Translations under genes and position numbers: made by a program
From: Macrostomum lignano
Taxonomy: Eukaryota
DNA: 64,000 nucleotides
Assembly: GCA_002269645.1 (NCBI GenBank)
Contig: NIVC01000757.1
Span: 86,298 to 150,297, forward strand
Reading direction: 5' to 3'
Notes under the pieces: model-generated
Database searches by the model: none
Told to the model about the DNA's origin: nothing
What the model saw: only the letters and a program-made list of their open reading frames with translations
Shown: positions 50,441-61,300 of the stretch, piece after piece
Position numbering within the stretch: the stretch's first letter is position 1
Layout: every line of letters starts with the position of its first letter

Positions 50441-52654
50441 CCTTTTCAAGCCTGAATTCCTAAATAGAAAGCTCCGTTCCTGCCGGCATGGTCAGCAGAG
50501 CTGACCATAGACTATTTCAACTTTTCAGTGAACTGAATTGCACTGCCACTTCTGCCAATAAGCCAGCCATCGCTGGTCTAATCTAGGGTTGAAGGAGAAT
50601 GTACATGTGGAATGGGTTGCACACACGCTTATCAAAACTGTACAAGACTGGCCATAGACAGTCCAGTTTTAGTATATTAAGGGCTGTGCCAAATTCTGTA
50701 CAATTCTATTCATGTAATTCAAATCAATCCAAATATGGATATTCTGTTGACTTCCGACTCCGAAAGTGACACTGGAATAGCAGAGAACTCCGAGTCGTCT
50801 GAGTCGGTCACTATCAGCGAAGTAGAAGACGATTGGCAGTTTGTGGAGCCAGGCGAAGACATTGTTGAAGACGGCCCCAGTTTCACTGGAATTTCGGGTG
50901 TAAACCCCAGCATTGTCCTTCCCGAAGACCGTGAAGACATCCAATATTTTCTACGACTGTTTCTAACCGATGAGCTGCTGGATAAGATCGTGGAGTGGAC
51001 AAACGCAAAAGCTTGGGCTGAGTATGAGCAGGCGACACATGATGGAGAAGATGTTTCGAGCTTGCTGAAGTCATGGAAGGACACAAACCGCAGTGAGATA
51101 TCCAAGCTGTTGGGTATGTACCTGTTCATGGGCATCTCACAGAAGCCGGAACTGCATGATTACTGGAGCACCAGTGTCATTGACAGTACTCCGTTTTTTC
51201 AATCGCCCAATGGCTTGACCCGTGACCGATTCAAGCAGCTGCTGGCCTTCCTTCGTTTCTACGATGCACGAGCACCCGCCTCGAACAACCCACTGCACAA
51301 GATTCGGCCGCTGCTCTGTCTGGCTCAGCAGCTCTGCGCGAACGTGTACCAGCCGGAGCAGCAGGTCAGCGTCGACAAGTCCCTGATTCTGTACAAGGGG
51401 CGCCTTCAGTTTAGGCAGTACATCCCATCGAAGAGAGCCAGAGTTGGAATTAAAATGTACTGCGCCTGTGAGTCTGCATCTGGCTACCTGTATAACTTTC
51501 TAGTACATTCGACTGCTGAAGAGAACTCTCATTTTGGCGACGACCTCGGTTGTGACCAGCTGTCTCTAAGCGAGAAAATTGTAGTGCACCTTTGCAAGGA
51601 CCTGCTCGGTTTCGGCTATCACCTTTTTGTCGACAAGTGGTTTGCCTCAGTACGGCTTGCGACTTTTCTGTACAAATGCAGCACACTGCTGACAGCAACT
51701 GTTTGAGCCGACCTTGGAGTGCCATTGGCATTGCGCAGTTAGCAGGTGCTGTTGAATGACATAGTTTTCATGAGGAAGCTGCCAGTGCTGGCCATGAAAA
51801 TCTTGGAGCACAAGGAAAGCGGCTTGAAAACATTCTTCATGATCGACACCCATGGCTCAGCTCAGAAAGTAGCGACGAACCGAATTCGCAAGAATGGTGA
51901 AGCTGTGCAAGTGCAGAAAAGCGCCTCGAACCTGCTGTACAACCGCTGCATGGGAGGCGTTGACCGACTCGATGCCATGCTGAAACCGTACAACAGCTGC
52001 CACAAAACCTACAAGTGGTTTCATAAGTTGGGGTTTCATCTCTGCCTGCTGCTTGTACACAATGCATGGGTTGTATACTCAAAGCACGGTTGCCGGCTGC
52101 AGTTCTTCAAATTCCTGGAGAGCTGTATCACCCTACTGGTTGACTCCACGGGACCAGGAAGACAGCGAACGGCAGCTAGGCAACCAGCGGCGGCTGCAGC
52201 TCAGCAGCACTTTCCATCAAAGCTGCCTCCGAGGGAATTGTACCCGAGGCTGGTGAAGCAATGCCGCGTGTGCTACCGCAACGGCACTGCAAAGTGCACC
52301 GTGTTCTGCTGCAGTGCGTGTCCGAATGCACCTGGACTGTGCCCAAGTCCCTGCTTTGAACGGTGGCATGTGAATCACTGAATTAAAGAACTCCTTTTAC
52401 CAGCCGTACTATATAATTCGCATTTGTATTCGGCATTGACTATTAATTTTTTACCTTTATTTAAGACAAAAATAATTAAATGTCCAACTGCGGCACTCTA
52501 CCACAATGTAACGATATATACCGATTTTTTTTGGCAGCAATTGCGTAAGCTGAAGCCGCGTACCCTTTTGACTTCCCCTGTCTATGGCCCAGACATGTAT
52601 AGTGCGGATGCTGAGTATGAAATGCGATTGTTGCTGGAATGCGCTTTGAAAGGG
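50441..52654 (+). mobile_element. piggyBac DNA transposon, defective
   Basis: TTAA (50437-50440) then left TIR CCTTTTCAAGCCTGAATTCC. The right TIR is imperfect (GGAATGCGCTTTGAAAGGG, ending 52654) and is followed by TTGT rather than TTAA. Confidence 0.85.
50735..52381 (+). pseudogene. piggyBac (PGBD4-like) transposase with two in-frame stops
   Basis: One frame with TGA at 51704 and TAG at 51740. It contains VSVDKSLILYKGR, YIPSKRARVGIK, LFVDKWF, YNRCMGGVDRLD, YKWFHKLGFHL and the C-terminal Cys-rich domain CRVC...CSAC...LCPSPCFERWH. Confidence 0.93.
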
Positions 52655-52904
52655 TTGTAGAGATAATCAATCGTCTATGGCAAATTTAGTTGCTCTCTAA
52701 ATGAAAGGGTTGTAGAGATAATTAATCGTTTATGGCAAATTTAAAGGACAGTGAAGACAGCTAGCCTGGCTGCCATGAGTTAATTCTCAAGTTGATTTTG
52801 AGCTTGAATTAATTCTCCTATTCGGAGTGCAAATAGGAAAACTAGCTATGATTCGCTAAGCAAACATTCCTGGCGGAGAAATATGTGGACTCTCCACGGA
52901 CGAG

Positions 52905-54264
52905 TTGGCTTTTGTCACCCGAGAGTCGAGTACGCGCTACGTTCTGGAGATGGACAACCTGGATGCGTCGTCCAGTTCCAACGGGCTGCCTGAGCTAGGT
53001 AGCGAAGATCTGGAAATGTTGGACCGACTTGAGAGTGACTCAGTGCCAAAATCGACCGAGACGCAACGGAAGCTTCACGTGGCAAGGTTCCGACAGTTCC
53101 TCAACGAGAAGGGGCTCTGCCAGGAGTTTGAGCGTGTTCTGGATCGATTTTTGAACGATTATCTGAGGCTTTTCTATTCATCCCTTCGAAAGCAGGATGG
53201 AACTTACTATGCGCCAAAGTCTCTCATCTGTTTTCGTGCGGCTATTCAATGCCACCTGCAATCCCCGTCCGTTAATCGCCAGGTGAACATCATTACCGGA
53301 GAAGCCTTCAAGCGTTGCAATGGCGTTCTTGTCGCCATGGTGAAAATGTACATGGAAGGACACGTCGAGAAGGTAGACAAATACGAAGCTATTTCCGAGG
53401 ACGACATGCAAACAATTTGCGCATACTTTGATTGAACGTCCCTTCGTAAACTGCAAGACGAAAACATTTTCAATGTTCTGCTCCATTTCGCACTGCGAGG
53501 CCGAGAAAATCTGAGAGAGTTGACACCTGGGTGTTTTGAGATAGTGTCAGAAGGAGGTACGGAGTTTGTACGCGTCGCTGTCGCCATGCTGTCGAAAAAT
53601 GTTAAAGCGTCGTTGAACGAGATGGCATTCAAGGATCTCAAGTTAGCTCGGATGTACAGCGTGCAAGACAAAGCTGTTTGTCCCGTCAAAGCCTTTAAAA
53701 TGTACGTCTCTCAACTACCGAATGGATGTGAGGTGTTGTTCCCAAGGCTCAATAAGTCTGGCTTCTCAGCCTGACAACGACTCAGTAAAGATTCACTTGG
53801 AGACTTCATGAAGAATCTGAGTGCGTGTCTGGCTCTGCAGCGGAAGTACACCAACCATTGTGTGCGAGTAACCATGGTGAGTAAAGATTGCATGGCCTAC
53901 TCACTTCAGTAAAACTGTAAGAATACTGTCTTACCCAACTGCTGAAACTTAGGTGAACTGTTTGGCCAAGGCCGGTTTCGATAATCAAGCGATTACACTA
54001 ATGACGGGACACAAGAATTCGAGCTCAGTGGATGTATACAAGCGGCGAGACATGGACTGTGTGGCCCGAATGAGCGCTTGTCTGGCTGCCTATGGGTCCA
54101 AAGTCACCAAGATTGACGACGATGCGGAATCCACCATCGAAAGTGTGACAACTGGGTCTGATAGAGGCGAGCTGATGAAAGCACCCGAGGACGGCCAAGA
54201 CCTGCTGAGAAGCCTCTGTGGTGGTCAGTTCCACAACTGCACATTCAACTTTTACGGAAAGTAA
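52905..54264 (+). mobile_element. Crypton-type (DUF3504-like) tyrosine recombinase gene, intron 53877-53952, two nonsense codons
   Basis: FYSSLRKQDGTYY.PKSL..FRAAIQCHL; HFALRGRENLREL; CPVKAFKMY; YTNHCVRVT; TGHKNSSSVDVYKR. The ATG|GTGAGT...CTTAG|GTG junction joins the two ORF pieces in frame. TGA occurs at 53433 and 53772. Confidence 0.88.
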
Positions 54265-54714
54265 AACAATTGATTCGATCGGTTTGTTCTTAAGAACTTT
54301 TTGTGACTATGAAACACTTTCGCCGTGTTGCTATTGTTGTTCCTTGTTTTGATAGCCAAATACATTCGTCTGAAATCTGGCAACAATCGAAAAAAGCTGA
54401 CAAACAATTAAATTGTTACCGCAAGTATGAATGCCGGAAACCATAGACAAAAGGGAACAATATTGTTCCCTGTATTATTATATGCTACTATACGAGCATA
54501 CATGTAGTTGCGTCTCAAAATCATAAATTTTTTGTTGCTTTTGGACAAATATCTTCTTTTGCTTGAACTTTAACTTTAACTTTCCCTTTAACTTTATAGT
54601 TTGAAATTAATTCAACAATAAACTGCATTTTTCTTCTGTGCCATTGTTAGTACATGAAAGTTGCTCTAGTGGTCGCTACAGAGTGCTACAGACTGAGTGA
54701 GTGCGCTATTTATT

Positions 54715-55203
54715 CGGCAGGAGTAACTATAACTGTCTTATTAAGTCAAAATGCCTCATCAGCTACTTAGTACTACTACTTTGGTATTTTTCGGGTGGGC
54801 ATTTTTGCGACTTCCTTGGTTGGCCACCAAATTGGTCGGCTGGATTGGCCGACTCGGCTGACTGTTGCACATGTATGTGCTTGCTATTAGAGATTCTTGC
54901 TATCTATAGGATGCTTGCTATCTGCAAGATCCACCCAGATGGCAAGCATCCTGCAGATGGCAAGCATCCCCAGATATTGTAGAAGCATCCACCTAAATAG
55001 CAAGCATCCTACAGATAGCAAGAATCTCTAATAGCAAGCACATACATGTGCAACAGTCAGCCGAGTCGGCCAATCCAGCCGACCGATTTGGTGGCCAACC
55101 AAGGAAGTTGCAAAAATGCCCACCCGAAAAATACCAAAGTAGTAGTACTAAGTAGCTGATGAGGCATTTTGACTTAATAAGACAGTTATAGTTACTCCTG
55201 CCG
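54715..55203. repeat. ~206-bp inverted repeat (3 mismatches, ~76-bp spacer) whose arms carry a 28S rRNA-like segment
   Basis: The left arm (54715-~54920) is the reverse complement of the right arm (~54997-55203). The right arm extends unpaired to ~55250. Confidence 0.93.
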
Positions 55204-55377
55204 TTTACCCAAAGTTGCGTTAATTTTGCGTTAGGGTTTTTTATATGTAAGTTGCTTTTTTTGGCCAAAAACTACGTCACATTTTTGTTAAAACTAAGTC
55301 GCATGGCCAACCGAATTTTGGAGGTTGCGCATGTATGAGCAAGCATCCCTGGATAGAAAAAATCCCATACATATAGC

Positions 55378-55640
55378 CAAGCTTATCAAGTGTAGTGCAA
55401 TAATCCTTTGTTTGCCATGTGCAGTAATCCTTGGTTTATCAAGTGCAGTAATCCCTGGTTTATCAAGCGCAGTAATCCTTAGCTTATCAAGTGTAGTAAT
55501 CCTTGGTTTATCAAGTGCAGTAATCCTTGGTTTATTAAGTATAGTAATCATTGGCTTATTAAGTACAGTAATCCTTAGTTTATCAAGTGCAATAATCTTT
55601 GGCTTATCAAGTGCAATAATCCTTGGTTTATCAAGTAATA
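55378..55640. repeat. 24-bp minisatellite (TTATCAAGTGCAGTAATCCTTGG(T/C)), ~10 copies
   Basis: Direct periodicity (8-aa SSAVILGL pseudo-ORF). Confidence 0.92.
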
Positions 55641-57229
55641 ATCCAGTCTTTTAATTAGTCTTTCAATAAAAGCTTTCAATAAAAAATTATTTTTTTTTAT
55701 TTCACACTACTAATTTTATGCTACTAATATTTATAAATTAATTTGTAGCACTTATAATTCAATACTCACACTAAGTCAATTGAGTAAAAGTCACACAAAG
55801 TAGTTATGACATTATCAATTTCTTAGGCAAGTCAGTACCAGTGTCTATTAAAGTTAGCAATATGGTTACATAATATAAATTAAGTATATATTGCACTATG
55901 CTTCCACACTATGCTTTTGATACTGTGATGCAATTCAATTCAGTGTCAAAATTTAGCTAGTATACAGACAATAAATAAAAAGCCTATTGCGATGCAATCT
56001 ATTTTAGTATCAAAATTCAACTAATGAGTTTTTTTCTAGCATTTTTATAATACATTTAAAGTCAAAAGAGCTGCTTCAACTTTGCAAAAAAGCATGTTTT
56101 TTGAATATTTAATCCCTTTAGCATTGAGAAATTTCTTAGCCACAATGCATGTACCATCATGGAAAAATTTCTAATTGAATGGTGCAAGTTCAAACAAAAT
56201 TGGCTGAGCCATTTTTGCTAAAATTGTTTATGCACAAACATATATACATACCAGATTTTCATTTTTAGTATATGGATTTTAGTTCAATAGGCTAATTAAC
56301 AATTCAAATACTTTTTCAAATTATGGTTTCTTTTTTGTTAAACTAAAATGAAATTTAAAGTAAAAAAATTAAAAACAATGTGTATTAGGAATTAAAAATT
56401 TAAAGCAATTAGGTCTCCGGAAAAAATAGATTTTGTAGGCCTAATATCTAATTGCTGACTCAGAGATTCTAATGTATACAATATTTGGTCTATTATAGCA
56501 TAGGCCTAGAATTTCTACATATATTTGATGCACTTAGATTGGTAAAACACTTTTAAACAAGTTAAACATATGCATATACACTGTACTATACACATTTGTC
56601 TATCACTAACTTAAATCAAATCATTACTGGACATTAGGTCTATAGGCCTAAGCCTTAGCAATCCTTATATTATAATTATATTACAATTATATAAAAAATA
56701 ATTAGGCCAATTGTTAATATTTTCAAAAAAATAACTTAATGTGCAAAACTACAGGATAGCTGCAAAAAATGGCTTATTGTCAACAGAAAAAGCATTCTGC
56801 TAGGTTATATGAGAAAGGCTGATTGTGTGGTCACTGGTCAGATTGTCATATTCCACTTCGTCATATCGGATGACAAAGTGACCAGAAGATTGTGTTATGG
56901 TAGAGACGGAGTTCCACTTAAATCCTGAAACTATCCCAAGGACATGGTTTTGTATGTCAGCTAGTAACTTTTGTAGCTAGTAGTAGTAGTAGTAGTAGTA
57001 AGTTGGCTCAGGCAAGAAGCCTGTTTGGCCAATATATTTCTATGTATTTAAGATTACTTCAGGAATAGGAGACAAAATTTTAGCACTAGTTATTTAATTA
57101 CAATTAGTACGAGTTTTGCAATATGGTATTTGAAAGAACGCGGAAATGTTATTGACAAAACTTGGACAACTAACGAAGCGAAAGAAAAAGCAAGGAGTTA
57201 AAAAAAGTATTGCGTGAAATTTATGTATG

Positions 57230-58290
57230 TGAAGTGAGCACTAGTTTAGTGTTAGGTGCCCCCTTTGTCAGCTGTGCCCTGCGCCCTTCTGAGCTGTTGG
57301 CTGCCGCTGGCTGCAGCTCTCCCTCTCGCTTTCCCGCTCCCTTCTCTCCCTTTCCCTCCCTCGTTGTCCTTTTGTCTGCCTGCGCTCCCTTTTGTCCCCC
57401 TTTTTCCGGTTTGTTTGCGTTCCCATCGTCTGAGCTTCTCCGCTCAGCCTGTCCTTGATTCTTTGTCTGTCTCCATCCCCCCCCCCTTTCTGTATGGCTG
57501 TGTTCTCTTGGCTTGAGTCCAGCCAGTTCTGGCTGTACTCTCTCTGTCCGGCCTGTACGGTAGCGGATCATGTGCCCCGGCACTCTGTCCTTTTCTTGCG
57601 CAGCCTTGTGCAATCCTGGGTGTCAGTCTCTAAATTAGGAATAGCGTCCTTGCCTCTCTGGCGGGGGCTCCAAACTTGTTTCTAAAAATAGAACAGAATC
57701 ACGCCAGATTGGGGACAGTGAGAGCGGCCTTGCGCACTCAGCCGCAATGGGGTGTTGCACTGTATGGTGAAATCGATCTGCTACCCTATATGTACAGGCT
57801 TCTCGTGCCTATGTTTGGCAACCTGCATTTTTTCAATTCAACCTGTCTACCCGTCTCTTAACTTTCTGCAACTTTGCTAAGTTGTAAGTCCAACGCACCT
57901 TGCGCTAGTCCTTCGCCAACTTGTCTGTCTTCTGATCTATCTTTGACTATCAGAAGTCGGACTGCGTGTCTGAGTGAGTGCGGAACTCCCGACAGAACTA
58001 ACCGATAACTAGCACAGTTCCTCATCCCCGCACTTGAGCCCGGCAGGAACTGCTAACGAGGTGTGCACCGGTGTGAGCTGTCAAATCTGCACTGCGTGTT
58101 GAGTTTTTGTGTCTCGTTTTTTCGCTAAGCCCGGAGTCTTCCTCATCGAAGGACAAGATCCGAGCGAGCTGGTGGCAGCACTACCAACGCTACTAAGAAT
58201 TGCTAGAAGGCTTCCTGGGAGAGTCTACCAAGAGCTCAAAGTAGGCAGCTCATGTGACTAATAGGGAAGTAGCCGGAACCAGATACTTCA
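57230..58290 (+). repeat. Putative 5' LTR (~1.06 kb)
   Basis: It is bounded by inverted TGAAGT...ACTTCA termini and followed, after one T, by the PBS. It cannot be confirmed without the 3' LTR. Confidence 0.6.
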
Positions 58291-58291
58291 T

Positions 58292-58311
58292 TGGTGGCAG
58301 CGGTGGGATTC
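58292..58311 (+). promoter_or_regulatory. Primer-binding site complementary to the tRNA-Leu 3' end (first of three copies)
   Basis: TGGTGGCAGCGGTGGGATTC is the reverse complement of GAATCCCACCGCTGCCA-CCA, the 3' end of metazoan tRNA-Leu(AAG/TAG). Further copies start at 58366 and 58445. Confidence 0.88.
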
Positions 58312-61300
58312 AAAGACCTACCCGGCCACCTCGAGGCAACCCCGAGAGACCAACAAATACTTCATTAGTGGCAGCGGTGGGATTCCAAGACCTATGGCTA
58401 GGCCACCTGAGACAAATAAGAAACCACCAACAACAATACATCATTGGTGGCAGCGGTGGGATCCGACTTCGAAACACCCAAGCCAACTGCCTTTTTTCGA
58501 GAACGACTCTTCAGTCAGCTACAAGATCAGCATGTTTAACGAGCGAGACGAGAGCCGGAGTAGCAGCCGGCTGGATCAGTACATCAGCAGTTCGAGGCCT
58601 ATGGCAACAGACGAAGCCGCGGCAGCAGGAATGACCGGTGATTTCTGTCAGAGGCCTGCACCGAGGCAAAGCGTACGAAGCAAGGTGTCCGAGGACCTGC
58701 CCGATGAGCTTCTGCGAGGCTTGGATGACCTTGGCCAGACTGTCAGACCATTGGACCTGAGGACCATGATGGCAGCTCTGCAGCAGCAAATAGAGCGACC
58801 GGTGAGTAAACAGATTAGGATTGTTAAATTTACTCCAAGTCAGGACATTCATGTCTGGCTTGCCGCATTCGAGCAGCGTTGCGAGATGGAGTGAGTCGTC
58901 GACCCATTCGAGATGAAGCAGCACCTCATCGCGAGTCTAGATCTGTCTACTGCATATCCAGCCCTGCTCAGCATGCATCTGCCAAGGTTCGCCAGCTACG
59001 AGGAGGTTAAGCAGCGTTTAATCGAGTGATTTGCGCGCCACGGTGGCGCTGATGAGTATCGAGAGCTTCTAAGGAGGCATCAGCAAGGCAAGAATGAGAC
59101 CATAGAAGAGTATGCTGACTCGCTGCGCACCCTAGGGGAGCGTGCATACCCAAGGATGCACCCCGAGGACCGCGAGAAGGAGCTGGCTGATCAGTTCCTT
59201 GCCAGCCTGCGAACAACCCCAGATTTGTGAGAACGACTGTATTGGGTGCGCCCAAACAACTTGCTGGCTGCAATTCGAGAGCTGCACCGTCTAGAAGGTG
59301 CCAGAGAGCTGGCTCAGCACTCTGCTCAACCCCCCAGTTAGGATGTTGGACGGGGAGCAGGACGCTCGCCCGATACCAGACGCCACTGCCCAAGCCCTAT
59401 TGGCTTTGACTGAAGTACTCGAGAAGCAGCAGAATCTGCTCAGCGACTTGGCTCAGCGTGATCAGCAGCAGCAGACGAGCCCGCCGACGAAGGCTATGAT
59501 CTGCTATGGTTGTGGTCAACCCGGCCATCGTAATGCCCAATGCCCACTCTGCCAGAACCAGGGAAATGGCCAGCCAGAGAGCGCCCACGGCACCGCCCTC
59601 TGAATAGCCCAAGCCCCGGCTACTTGGCAGACTCCGAGAGGAGAAGAAGAGGATGTCGGCTGCGCAGGCGCAAATGCCCAGTCCGACAGTCGCTCGTCAG
59701 TAAGTGGCGCGGAGCCCGGAGGTTTCGTGGACACCTCCGATGATCAAAAAATCCATGTGCGTGAGGCCGATCCGTACGTCACAGGTTGAGTTGCAAGTCG
59801 AGAGGTCGCTTTCCTGCTAGACAGCGGCAGTAGGAAAAACTTTCTTGGTTCGTCAACCTGGGCCACTATTAGACGCCGGATGCCTTGGTGTATCATATTG
59901 CATGCTATCCCAGATTGTGTTACCATGTACGACGGTACGCAACTACCCCTTGCTTGCAAGGTGATCATCCCGGTGGAGTTTGGTGATGTCGTCGTGGACA
60001 CCGAATTTCTCGTCATGGTCACAGATTGTGAAAATTTACTTGGTGTATCTTTCATGCGTGAACATTGCCAAAACTTGGACTTCGCTCAAGGAATGCTAAA
60101 GTTCAACAATGGCGCGTGCATTCCCATTGGCTATCCGCGCCGTGAGCTTCAATCATGCTGGGTGTACACCTCCGAGAAGTGCACTCTGCCGCCGAGAAGC
60201 TCAGCGCTACTGGCTGTCCAGTTGGATGTCGGCCACCCCGAGAATTGAGGATTGCCATCAATTGTCAAGCTGGTGAAGTCGAGACTGCACCCCAGCTGCA
60301 ACACTCTGGAAGCAGCTCCAGCTCTAATGACTATGCCTGAAGGTCGAGGCTACATTGAGGTCGTCAACACTGCTGACTGTGAGGTGTTCCTGCAGTCGGG
60401 CATCCGCGTTGGTGTTGCAACACCACTTAGAACTGCCAACCTGATGTACCTAGAAGAGACGCCGGAACCTAAAGTTCGACATTTGCCAAGGAGCCCTGCA
60501 GAGCCCAGCACAGCTTGGCTAGAGGAAGTCAAGATTAACAGCAAACTGTCCAAAGATCAACGACAGAGAGTGCGAAATCTACTAGTTGAGTGTCAAGCAG
60601 CCTTCTCGAAGCATCTGCTAGACACTGGCCTGACACATCTGGTGACCCACAAGATCATCCTGAAGGATCGGATACCAGTCGCGTTACCACCATGCAGGAT
60701 CCCGCCTCATCTGAAGGACAAGTTAGACGCCCTGCTAGACGAGATGCTGGCGAAGCACATCATTTGCCCAGCATATTCTAGTTACAACTCGCCAATGCTG
60801 ATAGTGCCCAAGAAGGACGGCAACTTCTGGCTGGTGCACGACTTCAGGCTCTCAATGACAAATGCGTGTACCACCCGTACCCGCTGCCGCACATTCAGCA
60901 GACCTTCACAAAGATGTGTGGTGCTCAGTGGTACTCTAGCTTGGATCTTGCTCAAGGATTCTGGCAGATCCCGCTGCGCGACTGCGATTAGCACCTGACG
61001 GCGTTCTCTGTGATTGACCGCGGACAATTCTGTTTTAATGTTCTACTGATGGGTCTCCACGATAGTCCAGGGAGCTTTCAGCGTTGCATCAATAAGCTCC
61101 TGGACGGCCTGATGCCAAAGACTGCGCTTGGCTACATGGATGACATCGTGGTGCACTCCGTGACCTTCGAGGAGCAGCTGGACAACCTGCAGACTGTACT
61201 CCAGTGGATTATCGCAGCCAACCTCAAGATCAAGACGAAAAAGTGCCATTTGTTCCTCAAGGAGCTGCATTATCTAGGTCACGTCGTGACTCCCGACAGC

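Noticed and set aside
50437-52658. piggyBac as a Pokey-like rDNA-inserted element linked to the nearby 28S fragment
   Set aside because: The flanks of its TTAA are not rDNA, and the 28S-like foldback is 2 kb away with no demonstrated connection.
55156-55206. Hammerhead ribozyme (CTGATGA followed by a GGCA...TGCC stem)
   Set aside because: The stem is followed by GTTT instead of the required GAAA. The motif is simply the antisense of the rRNA-like segment.
55231-55240. Telomeric repeat (TTAGGG)
   Set aside because: It is a single hexamer within the repeat flank, not an array.
57210-57685. Short ORFs on both strands
   Set aside because: They fall in the pyrimidine-rich LTR and are compositional artefacts.
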